64,000 nt of DNA from IMG/VR virus record IMGVR_UViG_3300022744_000020, positions 206,384 through 270,383 of that record, one strand, 5' to 3'. A model generated the notes under the pieces. The model did no database searches. It was given only the letters and a program-made list of their open reading frames with translations, and was not told the origin of the DNA. This document shows, piece after piece, positions 19,959-29,977 of the stretch. Positions within the stretch are counted from its first letter, which is position 1, and the number at the start of each line of letters is the position of its first letter. The translations under genes were made by a program, and so were the position numbers.

Positions 19959-20795
19959 GTGACCACCAAACAAAAATCCGTCAAAATCGGGAAGATACTA
20001 GGATGCGCCGTTATCGGCGGCGTCGCCTTGTATTTCGCCGTCAAAATTCTGATTGCCACCATGGCGATCGTGGCCGCTGGAGCGATCGGCTTCACGGCTG
20101 TGATGCTCTACCCGACGTTCCTGGAGCTGTTGGCTTACAACCAGCTCCAAGGAATGATTGCCATCTGGAAAGGCAATCCTGGTTTTGCCTTGCGGCGAAA
20201 TCTCTTCGACATGAACGAGGATCACCAAAACCGATCCAAATCGACACTGCAACTCATCGGGGTTGGGCGCACCCTAGAAGATCGCCACGCCGAATCTTCC
20301 CGTCGATATCCGGACTCAGCAACCACCAGGTCTCTCCTGAGCCGAATCGACATGGTTCGTAAATCGGTTGATCATCAAAAGAAATTACTCGCCAATTCGG
20401 CTCAGGCTCTCGAGGCGTACGAGGCGCGGATTGAAGAGCTGGAATTTGATTGGGAGTCCGATCAGCAGATCAACAAGGCCGCGGGCATCTTGTCGGCGCT
20501 TACCGGACAAAGTCGCCGAGCCGCCATGCGTCAGGTGCGCGAAGACACGGCGCTCAAAGCGATCCGCAGCCAAGCAGCCGAAGCCATGGCGGCACTTGAG
20601 ATGTCTCAACTCGAAGGAAACGCATTCACCCGCGAGGTCGAAGTCTCGGCTCGCGAGAGTCGGATGGCCGAAGATCAGCGACAGAAGGATCGCGACCGCA
20701 CCATCGAAGCAGCGCCCCAACTGGAAAACGAATCCCGCCGTGGGCTGTTCGACAGCTTTCAGCAACAAGATTCTCGTCAAACCCAAAAGAAGTAA
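19959..20795 (+). CDS. Membrane-anchored coiled-coil protein, PspA/IM30-like
   Basis: Two N-terminal TMs followed by long amphipathic helices; GTG start after AAAGG. Confidence 0.5.
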   Translation: MTTKQKSVKIGKILGCAVIGGVALYFAVKILIATMAIVAAGAIGFTAVMLYPTFLELLAYNQLQGMIAIWKGNPGFALRRNLFDMNEDHQNRSKSTLQLIGVGRTLEDRHAESSRRYPDSATTRSLLSRIDMVRKSVDHQKKLLANSAQALEAYEARIEELEFDWESDQQINKAAGILSALTGQSRRAAMRQVREDTALKAIRSQAAEAMAALEMSQLEGNAFTREVEVSARESRMAEDQRQKDRDRTIEAAPQLENESRRGLFDSFQQQDSRQTQKK

Positions 20796-20804
20796 AGGTC
20801 CATC

Positions 20805-20966
20805 ATGCGCCTGCTTTTTGCTACTCTCGTTCTGGCAGCCTGCTTGGCCGTCGCCTACTTCCGTTCGGAAGGTACCCTGGGACTGCCCGAAATGAATATG
20901 CCCTCCAGTGGAGCACCAGCCCCCGCGCCCGCCACTCCGGCCGGCACTTCTTCCTTCAAGCTCTGA
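20805..20966 (+). CDS. 53-aa membrane/secreted peptide
   Basis: Not in ORF track. MRLLFATLVLAACLAVAYFRSEG...; AAAGG RBS; fills the gap exactly. Confidence 0.65.
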   Translation: MRLLFATLVLAACLAVAYFRSEGTLGLPEMNMPSSGAPAPAPATPAGTSSFKL

Positions 20967-20982
20967 ACCAAGGACTTCTCAA

Positions 20983-21900
20983 ATGAAAAAGCTTTTCCTC
21001 GGCCTGATCGTGGCCCTGTTCTCCTTCCAGGTGTTCGCTCAGTCGAAGCCTCTGATCCTCATTGGAGGCTCGAACACCGAGTCTTCGATGTACTCGGCCA
21101 TGGCCAGAGAGATCATCGGAACCTGTCGGGCTGAGGTGGCCGCCGCCTCTGGGTACACCCTCACTCAGGGGTTCAGCACCGGTACGGTGGACACCTTCGG
21201 CAAGATGCGAGCCAAAGCAGGCTGGGTGGCATTTGCCCAAGACGACATCCGCCAACTCTACATGAACAATGAGAAGGCTTCGATGGCCGGTTTCCTTCCG
21301 CTGATGGGGCTGAATCATGAAGCTTATCATTTCATCGGTCCGGCTTCGGTTAAAGACGGATGGTTCGGTAAAAAGGCTCCCCAACTGGTGGAAGATCTGA
21401 GCGGCATGACCATCGCAGTTACCGAAACGGGAATGCTGAGCCTTCGTTGGTACATGCACTTGACGGGTATTGCGTTGAATCCGGTTCAGTTCGCTGATTC
21501 GGATGCGGCGATCGACGCCGTTAAAACCGGCAAAGCGGCTGCTGCATTGATCGTGACTTCTCGCGACAACCCGGCTATTGAACAGATGGGGAAGAAGACT
21601 GGCGGCTCGCTGAAGCTGCTGGGTCTGAGCAAGGCCCATGCTGACAAACTCAAGGCGGCGGGCTATCTGATCGAATCGTTGTCCTACCCGGGCTTGGGAA
21701 TGGCGGTCACGGCGTGGACCCGGGTGGTTCTGATGGCTCAGAACTTCAATGCACCTGATCGTCGGAGTGGTATTTCCGCTCTGCGCAAGTGCATTTCCGA
21801 CAACCTGCCTGAGCTGATCGACGAAGCAACCTTCACGTCGGCAGCATGGCGCGGGGTGGATCTGAAGGCCCCGATCAAGGCCGAAGAACTCTGGAAGTAA
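20983..21900 (+). CDS. TAXI-type (TRAP) periplasmic solute-binding protein-like
   Basis: Signal peptide; STGTVDT, AFAQDD, LNHEAYH, VEDLSGMTIAV match the TAXI pattern. Confidence 0.7.
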   Translation: MKKLFLGLIVALFSFQVFAQSKPLILIGGSNTESSMYSAMAREIIGTCRAEVAAASGYTLTQGFSTGTVDTFGKMRAKAGWVAFAQDDIRQLYMNNEKASMAGFLPLMGLNHEAYHFIGPASVKDGWFGKKAPQLVEDLSGMTIAVTETGMLSLRWYMHLTGIALNPVQFADSDAAIDAVKTGKAAAALIVTSRDNPAIEQMGKKTGGSLKLLGLSKAHADKLKAAGYLIESLSYPGLGMAVTAWTRVVLMAQNFNAPDRRSGISALRKCISDNLPELIDEATFTSAAWRGVDLKAPIKAEELWK

Positions 21901-21964
21901 AACTCTTCTGGTTTGAAGCGGGCGGATGGTTTCGGCCATCCGCTCTTTCTTTTTAGTTTGGAGC

Positions 21965-22462
21965 ATGGAAATGAAACTCGATCAAATTGAACAAAACTTA
22001 AGCTGGTTCACTCAGAACCTGACCGCTGGATTTGTTGTAAATCTCATTGCCTCAAATCCACAAAAGACTTTCCTTTTAGCAAACCAAATAAAAAGGGCTC
22101 TTGATCCAGAAGAAACTAAGTTGGATTTTCTGGATCAAGACGCTTTCAGCCAAGAGGTGTCCGGCTGGGACCAATATCACGAATGGGTTGGAAAGCGTCG
22201 GCAACAACTCGGTCAAGAAGGCAAAGTTTTGGTACTTTGTGGAGTTCCTTCTTGGGTTCGCACCGTAACCCAAGAAGACGTGCTCACTGATTCAGGTGAC
22301 ACTACTGAGAACCTCTGGGTGTTCCAAAAATTCACCCGATGGATACAGGAATTGGATTGCGTTATTTCTGAAAACCGAAATGGAGACTTATTGCTTCACA
22401 AACTCCGAGGGGTTGCAAATGCAACATTTAGTTTGCGTGACCCATTGATCATTTCAAGTTGA
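21965..22462 (+). CDS. Hypothetical protein
   Basis: GGAG RBS. Confidence 0.65.
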   Translation: MEMKLDQIEQNLSWFTQNLTAGFVVNLIASNPQKTFLLANQIKRALDPEETKLDFLDQDAFSQEVSGWDQYHEWVGKRRQQLGQEGKVLVLCGVPSWVRTVTQEDVLTDSGDTTENLWVFQKFTRWIQELDCVISENRNGDLLLHKLRGVANATFSLRDPLIISS

Positions 22463-22480
22463 CGTCACTCGGAGGCTGAA

Positions 22481-22936
22481 ATGAGATGGACACAAGCTCA
22501 AAGAGACCGCGCTTTTAAAGCGCTCAAGAATATTCACGAGCCCAAATACCAATCCAAAGAAGCGATGGTGCTCCTGGAGAGCTTAAGGAGGCATTTGGAA
22601 GAAAAGCAGGCACAAATGCGCTACCTCAGCATCAATCTTGGTGTCGAGGTGTTGCAGCAAGAGACAAATGAGTTTCTCAGAAATTGGTCTGATCATCCAG
22701 ATCGTTGCCTAGACCCGTTTTTCAAAACGGTGGCAGTTACCTGCGATCTCCAAACTGCACCACGTACCCAAGATGGCCCTCTGCTACCAACGGGGGTCGT
22801 ATTGCTCAATTACAACTTAGCTTTGAATGATCTTCTTTTGGGAAGAGCACCGGTCTGTCTTTTCCGTCCATCGACATTCTCAGATCACCCACTTCAGCAA
22901 ATGTGGTTTGATCAATTTGGAACCCAAAACCCCTGA
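22481..22936 (+). CDS. Hypothetical protein
   Basis: GGAGG RBS. Confidence 0.75.
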   Translation: MRWTQAQRDRAFKALKNIHEPKYQSKEAMVLLESLRRHLEEKQAQMRYLSINLGVEVLQQETNEFLRNWSDHPDRCLDPFFKTVAVTCDLQTAPRTQDGPLLPTGVVLLNYNLALNDLLLGRAPVCLFRPSTFSDHPLQQMWFDQFGTQNP

Positions 22937-22945
22937 GGAAAGAAA

Positions 22946-23632
22946 ATGGAACACACTGAAACTCAACCGAATAACACAGCTACCTTTGATCAATTCTTGA
23001 CCGGTTGGCTTAGGCAGATACCAAACATGCCAGGGGATGAATCGAGCGCACTAAGAGTTCTTGAAATCATCAGCAACCAGCAAGATAAGATGGCCTTGAT
23101 GGCTTCCAATCGAGTCAACGAAGCTCTGAATCTGCTTATCAGTACGACACATCACCAAGCTGTTCGACTCAGGAGCGAGGTTAAGTTTGTTCAAGGTCCT
23201 GAGCATTTGTCGAAAGACGTGTCACTGATCCACGAGTTTGTTTCTGACTATCCTCGTGGCGGAATCCCCATCAAAAATAATAAAATCCGTGACACCGTCA
23301 CGGATACGATTTTTTGGGCAATCATTGACAGTGTGGCGAGGCTCGACTACATTGGATCGAAAGAAGGGTTTCGTATTTTGTTCACCCCGGCAATCCTGAC
23401 AAGCGTCTGGGATGAGGAGGATAACTTAGGACCTTGCCAAAAACAGAAGATCACCTTTGAATTGAGGTACACGTTTGATTACCCTGGATTAGTGAACCTT
23501 CACGACACCACACAGCTCAAGGAAAGATGCGATATTCTTTCGGCCAATGGTTTCTTTGAAAGTATCTTGAAGAAGGGGTTTCACGGCATTGTCCTGCAGC
23601 GCTTCGCTTCCAAGTACCGAAACATCATTTAA
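22946..23632 (+). CDS. Hypothetical protein
   Basis: GAGG RBS. Confidence 0.75.
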   Translation: MEHTETQPNNTATFDQFLTGWLRQIPNMPGDESSALRVLEIISNQQDKMALMASNRVNEALNLLISTTHHQAVRLRSEVKFVQGPEHLSKDVSLIHEFVSDYPRGGIPIKNNKIRDTVTDTIFWAIIDSVARLDYIGSKEGFRILFTPAILTSVWDEEDNLGPCQKQKITFELRYTFDYPGLVNLHDTTQLKERCDILSANGFFESILKKGFHGIVLQRFASKYRNII

Positions 23633-23652
23633 TCTACCAATACCCAGCCACC

Positions 23653-24246
23653 ATGAACGACGATTACTGCAACACCTGCCCCACCAATTCCAAGGGCAGC
23701 ATCACGAACTGTTTGGCCACCACCTGCTCTCAACGCGATCTGATGGTTGAGGAGAATTGGCTTCTTGGCCGACTGATCACCGAACATCATCGGATTGTTG
23801 CCACTATTAAAAGGGGCAACCAGATTGTCGAAGAGAATCGTCTTCGCCGTGAGGCTTACACCAAAACCCCCGTGGTCTGGTCTGGCCTGACACTCACTCA
23901 GGAGGTCATTGATGATGCTGAGCGGCTGATCAAATCTCGACTGATGGAGAGTGTTCTGAAGCTTCTGCAAAGCCATGGCGCCACGCCTGCTCAAGCGCAA
24001 CAGATCTACGATGAACGCAAGCTTGCGACGGATCTTCCGATTCCCGACAGCTACACGTTCAGCAACGGGTTCATTCTCGGCAAGATGAAAACCCGTGAGC
24101 TTTTCGCTCGGATCAACGAGCGCCGGATCATGATGGCTGTGAAGTTGGCAATGGACAGCTTCAATGAAAACCATCCCAACATGGACACTGCCGGGTTGCT
24201 CAGGATTTTCCACGACGACATCAAGAAAACCACGGATCAACTCTGA
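23653..24246 (+). CDS. Hypothetical protein
   Basis: Operon ORF. Confidence 0.75.
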   Translation: MNDDYCNTCPTNSKGSITNCLATTCSQRDLMVEENWLLGRLITEHHRIVATIKRGNQIVEENRLRREAYTKTPVVWSGLTLTQEVIDDAERLIKSRLMESVLKLLQSHGATPAQAQQIYDERKLATDLPIPDSYTFSNGFILGKMKTRELFARINERRIMMAVKLAMDSFNENHPNMDTAGLLRIFHDDIKKTTDQL

Positions 24247-24758
24247 TGAAACATCTGATCATCACCTACCTGCCGTACGTGCTCAGCACCATCACCATCT
24301 ACCAGGTGTTTTTGGCAGGAAACAAAAACGTTCACGCGTGGATCATTGGGATGGGTAACCAGGTGCTCTGGTTGACTTGGATTCTTGTCAGCCAGAATTA
24401 TGGTCTTCTCCCGATGAACGTCGCGATGTGGGTCCTGTACACCCGCAACCATTTCAAATGGAGGAAAGAGGCTTCAAACCTCAAGAAGAAATCCCAACCG
24501 ATAATCCACCCCACTCGCGAATTGGCTGTTTATCCTTGCGGTCTGCATTCGATTTCTTTCCTCACTTATCACGCGAGAACCGACCACTCTCCGGTGGTGG
24601 AGTGTCGCTTAGTGAGTGAGGATGATTTTCGCGGATGCGGGAAAGTCAAGTTCTCTACCGAAGAAGTTTCTTTCGACGATATGAGGCAAGCCTACGATTT
24701 GGCTCAGGTTGACCTTCAACAAACCATCTCTAAATATTGCGGACCTCAAAAATGCTGA
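24246..24758 (+). CDS. PnuC-like 3-TM domain fused to a soluble domain
   Basis: AGNKNVHAWIIGMGNQVLW...KWRK resembles one PnuC half. Confidence 0.55.
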   Translation: MKHLIITYLPYVLSTITIYQVFLAGNKNVHAWIIGMGNQVLWLTWILVSQNYGLLPMNVAMWVLYTRNHFKWRKEASNLKKKSQPIIHPTRELAVYPCGLHSISFLTYHARTDHSPVVECRLVSEDDFRGCGKVKFSTEEVSFDDMRQAYDLAQVDLQQTISKYCGPQKC

Positions 24759-24973
24759 CTGCAGAAACAACCGTGATCGTTCTTCGTGACCCGAAACTTA
24801 AGAACGAACTGGTCCCCTTCACGTTTCATAGTGAGCAGGGGTTTGAGCCGAATGCGTCGCTTAATCGGTTAGTCAGTCTGGGACTGCTCTCCCTGACGAC
24901 GAAGAATGGAAGGTACCAGTTTTATAGAATCACTCCGGAAGGTCGTGAACTTTGTTTAGCCATTGGGTATTGA
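24752..24973 (+). CDS. Small winged-helix-like protein
   Basis: LNRLVSLGLL...YRITPEGRE. Confidence 0.6.
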   Translation: MLTAETTVIVLRDPKLKNELVPFTFHSEQGFEPNASLNRLVSLGLLSLTTKNGRYQFYRITPEGRELCLAIGY

Positions 24974-24976
24974 ATT

Positions 24977-25300
24977 ATGAAAATTGCAGATAAACTCCGA
25001 TTGCTTAATGTAAACCCAGAGACCTTAGAGGGGTGGAGTCCGAGCATTTTGTTACGGATTCTGCTCAACTCCGAAGAACTCAATGACCTTGAGGTGGAGG
25101 TTTTGCGGCTTCACGCTCCTAAAAAAGATAATCCGGATATTCTTCCAAAAAGGGTGATGATGAGTACCCAACAATTTCAAACCGCAAAAGGTCTTTACGA
25201 AAAAGGATTGTTATCGAAAACGACTCGAATGACCTATATTCTCAGCATCATGGGAACCTGGGTCTTGTCTATCATTCCTGAAGATTGTGATCGCAGCTAA
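24977..25300 (+). CDS. Small winged-helix-like protein
   Basis: AKGLYEKGLL...YILSIMG. Confidence 0.5.
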   Translation: MKIADKLRLLNVNPETLEGWSPSILLRILLNSEELNDLEVEVLRLHAPKKDNPDILPKRVMMSTQQFQTAKGLYEKGLLSKTTRMTYILSIMGTWVLSIIPEDCDRS

Positions 25301-25309
25301 ACAAAGCGA

Positions 25310-25317
25310 TACATCAT
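25310..25317 (+). promoter_or_regulatory. Early promoter core (TACATCAT)
   Basis: AAAGCGATACATCAT is identical to the context at 2631. Confidence 0.7.
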
Positions 25318-25346
25318 CCAACCGCCACAACCAACAAGGCACTGAC

Positions 25347-28300
25347 ATGAAGCTCTCCACCTACCTCAAGAACTACGCTCCATCCCTGAAGATTGTGTTT
25401 TTCAAAGACTCCCCCTCTTGGGAAGACGAGTCCGCTGAAACAAAACTCACTTTTCAGAATTTGGGCCTTTTAAACCCTCAAGACGGGATCAAAATGGATG
25501 ACTTCCTGAAAAAGAATCAGTGTTGGGGTCTGTTTTTCAGCATGCAAGGGCGTCCGCGAGATACAGACGCCAGCACGATTCTGGGGGCTTTCCAATTCGG
25601 TCAGAATCCGGAGATCCTGCGCCGCTTGCCGAACGAGTGTTTGCTTTTCTGCGATGTTGAAATCACTCAGGAAGATCTCGACATCTTTGATGAGACACTG
25701 AAGCAGTCGGGAACCAACATCGAGAACAACTGGTTTTCCACGAGGATCAAAGATCCGATGTTCGTGGATTGCCCGGAGCCACCAACCACCTGCGTGCTTC
25801 CCTCGGCTCCGGACGAGATGATGTTGGCGGCATACATGCTGCGCTCTGCCGCTCGTCTCGGCGTGAAGCTTCTGAGAAGTGAGTCGGACCCGGACAGTAT
25901 TCTGGTATTCCGTCCCAATAGCTGTCCGGTCGATCCGATACATGTGCTGTTGAAAGCATGCGAGCTGAATTTCGACAAGAAAGAAGACCTCATTTTGTCA
26001 CAGTTCGAGCTCACAACGGGGAAGAGATTGACCCGTAACGAACTGGATCAATCTCCGATCTATTGTTTCACCGACGTCTCAATCACCGACGAGGACCTGA
26101 TCGATGCTCGAAGGAAAATGCCACAACTCTTGGCAGAAGATCGTCCGATCCTGGATTGGTTCATGGAAACTGTGAGCGGTGAGGTTGCCAAACCAGAAAC
26201 CGTGAACAGTACCCCCGCCCCGGCTCCTCTTCTGAAAGATCTCATAATCGAAACCCATAAGAAAATCATAAAAGAGATCCTTCCCGCACCAACCGAAACT
26301 CGGGAAAAGGCTCTTGATGAGGCACTGAAGAAAATGCATGAACGCGTCTTTGAAAAGGCCAGTCTTGCAAATGCATCGGAATGCATCCAAGGCCAAATCC
26401 CGTCGAAACAATCCGCGGAAGAAAACCCCATGAAAACTACGAAGCTCAGCGAATACATGGCCTTTGAAATCGGCCGCCTTGGTGGGATTGTCCTCCCGTC
26501 CGGGATCCACATGTACCCGTTTGTGGTCATGCTGCCGATGAGTATTCCGGTCATCGATGATCCGATCTGGTCCTGGCTCAATATGCCGATGGCTGGGTTT
26601 TGCAATCGGACTGCGTTCGGCAAGATATTTCAGGCGTTCCGAAGCCTCCCAGTAGGTCGATCCATCCTCCCTCCGTTTGGGAATTCTCCGCGATACGTCT
26701 TCGAGGAGGTGCTGATCACCAAGCAAGATCTGGACATCGCTCAGGACGACACTCAGAAAATCGCACAGCGATATGGTCGTTACATGCGGCAATACTTCGT
26801 CCAGAAACCCAACACATATGCAGCAGCCCCAATGACGAATCCGTTCTTGTGCCAGCCCTCTGGCTTCATCCCGAGAAGTCCCTTTTCTCCTGAAAGCATT
26901 GCCCTCCCTCATTCTGAATGGGAAGATTGTCGTCGTAGGATCAACCCCCAACCAGAACCCAGCATGTATCTCTCCGAGTATCTTGGAAAGACCCTCCACA
27001 CCGTGAACGCGCCGTTTAATGTGTTGGGGTTCCCGAGCAATGGGCGCGATGCTGGACTGATTGTGAAATCGACAACAGCCATGCTAACGGCCAGCAGCGG
27101 TGTCGATCAGCAATGGAGGAACATAGTAACCAATGGCGCCTCTTGGGGCGAGAGGAACGTCAAGATCTTCGAAGCATTTCAAGTTCAGGCGTATGAGGGG
27201 CAGTTTGATTCCCTCCATACGCGATACGCTGGGCCTTCCTCCAACATCTTTCTGGCTTTCCGTGATATCAAGATCACTCAGGCGGACATCGAACTCGCTC
27301 GTCAAGCGATGCGGCAGTTCACGGGGGTTCAAGCTACTCACCCGTGGCTTGGACTGGATCTTCCACTCAGTCCGACTTCTCAATTTACTGGAGTCTCCGA
27401 ACCCATGAAAACCAACCCTTTCCCGCGCATGGGGATGTATGAAACAAAAATCCACACCCTGGGCTCGTACCTTCGTCGGTCGCTGGAGCGCTCGACGTCC
27501 CAATTGTCCGTCATCCAGCTTCGTCAACTGGGTACCGCGGCAATTGTCCAGCATGGTGCCCTGAGTGGAGAAAACGCGTATCTGTGGCCAGCCTGGATGG
27601 GGGTAATTACTCTTTCAGACGCATCGTCACTGTACTGTAATCCTATTTTCCGGGCTTTCTTACACGTTATCCCTGATACCAGCCGCAACTGGATGCGCAT
27701 GAGTGGTAATCATGATCTGGTCTTGGGGTATTTTCACGATTACGTGATCACTCAGAAAGACCTCGAGCATGCGCGACAATACATGACCCTGGATGGGAAG
27801 CCTCATCCGTGGTTAAAAATGGACCTCGAAGAACTCGAACCCGCGAAGCTCGGACTCTACCAGTATCTCCGTCGCGAGGTGGAAAACTGCAACAATCGGT
27901 TCCGTGTTGTCCTGCGCACCAATCAGGATCAGTCAGTTGGAGTGATCTGCTACGACTATGACAAGGAAGACGATGGGGATGGATCGGCTTACAACTGGGC
28001 CATCGCTGTTTACAACTACCGGCAGCAAAATCGCCATGATTCCGTCATCTTCAACATGTTCCTGAACGGACTGAGAACGAAAGACTTCTACAACGAACGC
28101 CCGAAGAGTCGCGCTGATTTCATCTTCCTCAACGCCGACATCAGCCAGTTGGACATTGACAAAGCACGTCAGGTTTATCAAGAGGTGACCAAAATGACTC
28201 AGGTACATCCCTGGCTTATTTCGGACCTCGTCAAGGGCGTGGTTTTCACCGGACAGCCGATTGCGCCGTCACAAGCTGGTTATGTTCCCATCCCGCCAAC

Positions 28301-28685
28301 GCAGCCGGGACCGCAGTTCGTGACGGAAAGTGGCTGGAAGCCGATCCCAATCCCGGAATGGGCGCGGACCATCCGAGAAGAAGCCATGGATCAAGCATTT
28401 CCTCATCGTCGGGATCAGTCCAATTTGGCAGAGGCGGCAAAGGTCCAAGCTATCTTTGGTCTGGTTGAAAACCTGAGTCATGGCGCACGATGCGTGCTGA
28501 GGACCCTGAAAGAAGTCGGGGCCACTGCTGCTAGTTCGATCATTGAGACCCATGGACTGAAGGCTTTGGAGGAAGCCAGGTTTGTTCTGCGATTCCGCAG
28601 CCAAGGAGAAAGTCACGTGTCGATCAATAAAGACGGTGTGATAGCACTGAAGATGCTGAAGGTCCTCTTTCCGAATGAGGGATAA
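25347..28685 (+). CDS. Large protein with six diverged tandem domains and a C-terminal wHTH
   Basis: Repeated LxxY(L/M)...FxDxxITxxDL/I motif. Confidence 0.8.
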   Translation: MKLSTYLKNYAPSLKIVFFKDSPSWEDESAETKLTFQNLGLLNPQDGIKMDDFLKKNQCWGLFFSMQGRPRDTDASTILGAFQFGQNPEILRRLPNECLLFCDVEITQEDLDIFDETLKQSGTNIENNWFSTRIKDPMFVDCPEPPTTCVLPSAPDEMMLAAYMLRSAARLGVKLLRSESDPDSILVFRPNSCPVDPIHVLLKACELNFDKKEDLILSQFELTTGKRLTRNELDQSPIYCFTDVSITDEDLIDARRKMPQLLAEDRPILDWFMETVSGEVAKPETVNSTPAPAPLLKDLIIETHKKIIKEILPAPTETREKALDEALKKMHERVFEKASLANASECIQGQIPSKQSAEENPMKTTKLSEYMAFEIGRLGGIVLPSGIHMYPFVVMLPMSIPVIDDPIWSWLNMPMAGFCNRTAFGKIFQAFRSLPVGRSILPPFGNSPRYVFEEVLITKQDLDIAQDDTQKIAQRYGRYMRQYFVQKPNTYAAAPMTNPFLCQPSGFIPRSPFSPESIALPHSEWEDCRRRINPQPEPSMYLSEYLGKTLHTVNAPFNVLGFPSNGRDAGLIVKSTTAMLTASSGVDQQWRNIVTNGASWGERNVKIFEAFQVQAYEGQFDSLHTRYAGPSSNIFLAFRDIKITQADIELARQAMRQFTGVQATHPWLGLDLPLSPTSQFTGVSEPMKTNPFPRMGMYETKIHTLGSYLRRSLERSTSQLSVIQLRQLGTAAIVQHGALSGENAYLWPAWMGVITLSDASSLYCNPIFRAFLHVIPDTSRNWMRMSGNHDLVLGYFHDYVITQKDLEHARQYMTLDGKPHPWLKMDLEELEPAKLGLYQYLRREVENCNNRFRVVLRTNQDQSVGVICYDYDKEDDGDGSAYNWAIAVYNYRQQNRHDSVIFNMFLNGLRTKDFYNERPKSRADFIFLNADISQLDIDKARQVYQEVTKMTQVHPWLISDLVKGVVFTGQPIAPSQAGYVPIPPTQPGPQFVTESGWKPIPIPEWARTIREEAMDQAFPHRRDQSNLAEAAKVQAIFGLVENLSHGARCVLRTLKEVGATAASSIIETHGLKALEEARFVLRFRSQGESHVSINKDGVIALKMLKVLFPNEG

Positions 28686-28701
28686 AATCCCCTGATGGAA
28701 T

Positions 28702-28752
28702 GCTACTACCCTGGACGCCAAAAGCGTCCAGGGTAGTAGCTCCTTCTTTTTT
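28702..28752 (+). terminator. 17-bp hairpin terminator with CAAAA loop
   Basis: Perfect stem plus T tract. Confidence 0.8.
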
Positions 28753-28806
28753 ATATCGTTCCGGCATTTTGTACAAATCCACCACACCGATCGCTGGAGC
28801 TTACCC

Positions 28807-29592
28807 ATGATTTCCTTGCAACTCGCTTCAAAGAAAGAAGCTTTTGATTTCTTCCCTGGCTTTGAAGACATCTGGCCCTCCAAATGGAGCGAGCAAGCCA
28901 TGGTCGCTACAACCGACTGGACTCTTGATGAAGCCGATGGAGAGATTTTCTACATTCTTAACGACGGCAAGAAGATTGGAATTACTGGCTGGTGGCCGTT
29001 ATCCGAATCAATGGCCGGGCTTCGCTGGCATGGCGTCATCCCTGAATGCCGAGGTCATGGATTTGGAAAGCAAGCGCTTATTTACCTTACCAATCGTCTT
29101 GCTTCAAACTACAAAAAATTGATCGAAGTCACCATGAGTGATGCACCGATCAAGTTCTTTCGTTCTTTCGGATTCGAAGAAATTACGGACCCGATCTTGA
29201 TTGAATTTACCAAGAAATTGGTAGGGGATTACGGACATCGTTTTTTGGAATTTCGATTGGAGGAGAAGCGGATCTCGTACAAAGACTACGACTATCCGTG
29301 GGATTGTGTCAGCGTGTTTAAGCTGACCACAGAACATTGGGGCCCCTCTTATCGGCTGGATCAATACTGGCGTGGGTTGGGTCCTGGCCAGAATCTTTTT
29401 GTGGAAGTTTCATATTTCAAACTAGGAACTGAGAATAACGACCACAAGGTTTTGGTTCGTGGTGGGGACGCCGGTGGAATGGAGCGTACGTTCCCAGGAC
29501 GGGCGGCAGCAAAAGAGTTCTTTGATAAAATTGTGGAGTTGCCAAGGGTTAACGGAGCAGAACTCAAAGCCCTAGGCTTCACCTACATTTAA
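28807..29592 (+). CDS. GNAT acetyltransferase fused to an unknown domain
   Basis: GVIPECRGHGFGKQAL acetyl-CoA motif; FFRSFGF. Confidence 0.75.
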   Translation: MISLQLASKKEAFDFFPGFEDIWPSKWSEQAMVATTDWTLDEADGEIFYILNDGKKIGITGWWPLSESMAGLRWHGVIPECRGHGFGKQALIYLTNRLASNYKKLIEVTMSDAPIKFFRSFGFEEITDPILIEFTKKLVGDYGHRFLEFRLEEKRISYKDYDYPWDCVSVFKLTTEHWGPSYRLDQYWRGLGPGQNLFVEVSYFKLGTENNDHKVLVRGGDAGGMERTFPGRAAAKEFFDKIVELPRVNGAELKALGFTYI

Positions 29593-29695
29593 GATGGTGT
29601 AGTCACATTCCAAAAATTCATGGTCATATATACTCTCATTGAATCGCAAAGCAATTTCGCATAACGATTCACCCTCCTGAGAAAAAGGAACTTTT

Positions 29696-29977
29696 ATGAC
29701 CATCGTCGTTACCACCTCCGCACACGCTCTTCAGTTCATGACCGACCTCCGGGTCGGTGTGATTGGGTATGCCAAGGCGACCATCTCGGAGGCAATGGAG
29801 GAGCTGGCAGAAGCTGCTCAAATGGGTAATCGAGTTGTTCTCTTCAACGTCGGGGAGGACTCCCTGGTGGAAGGAATCCCCTTCGTCATTGAAACGGATG
29901 CTGAGAAGATCAGCGGCGTCCGACAGGTGTTCATTCGTCCCCAGTCTCTGGCAGATGTTTGGATGATCCTGGAGTAA
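29696..29977 (+). CDS. Hypothetical protein
   Basis: Own promoter (29627), RBS and UUCG terminator. Confidence 0.75.
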   Translation: MTIVVTTSAHALQFMTDLRVGVIGYAKATISEAMEELAEAAQMGNRVVLFNVGEDSLVEGIPFVIETDAEKISGVRQVFIRPQSLADVWMILE

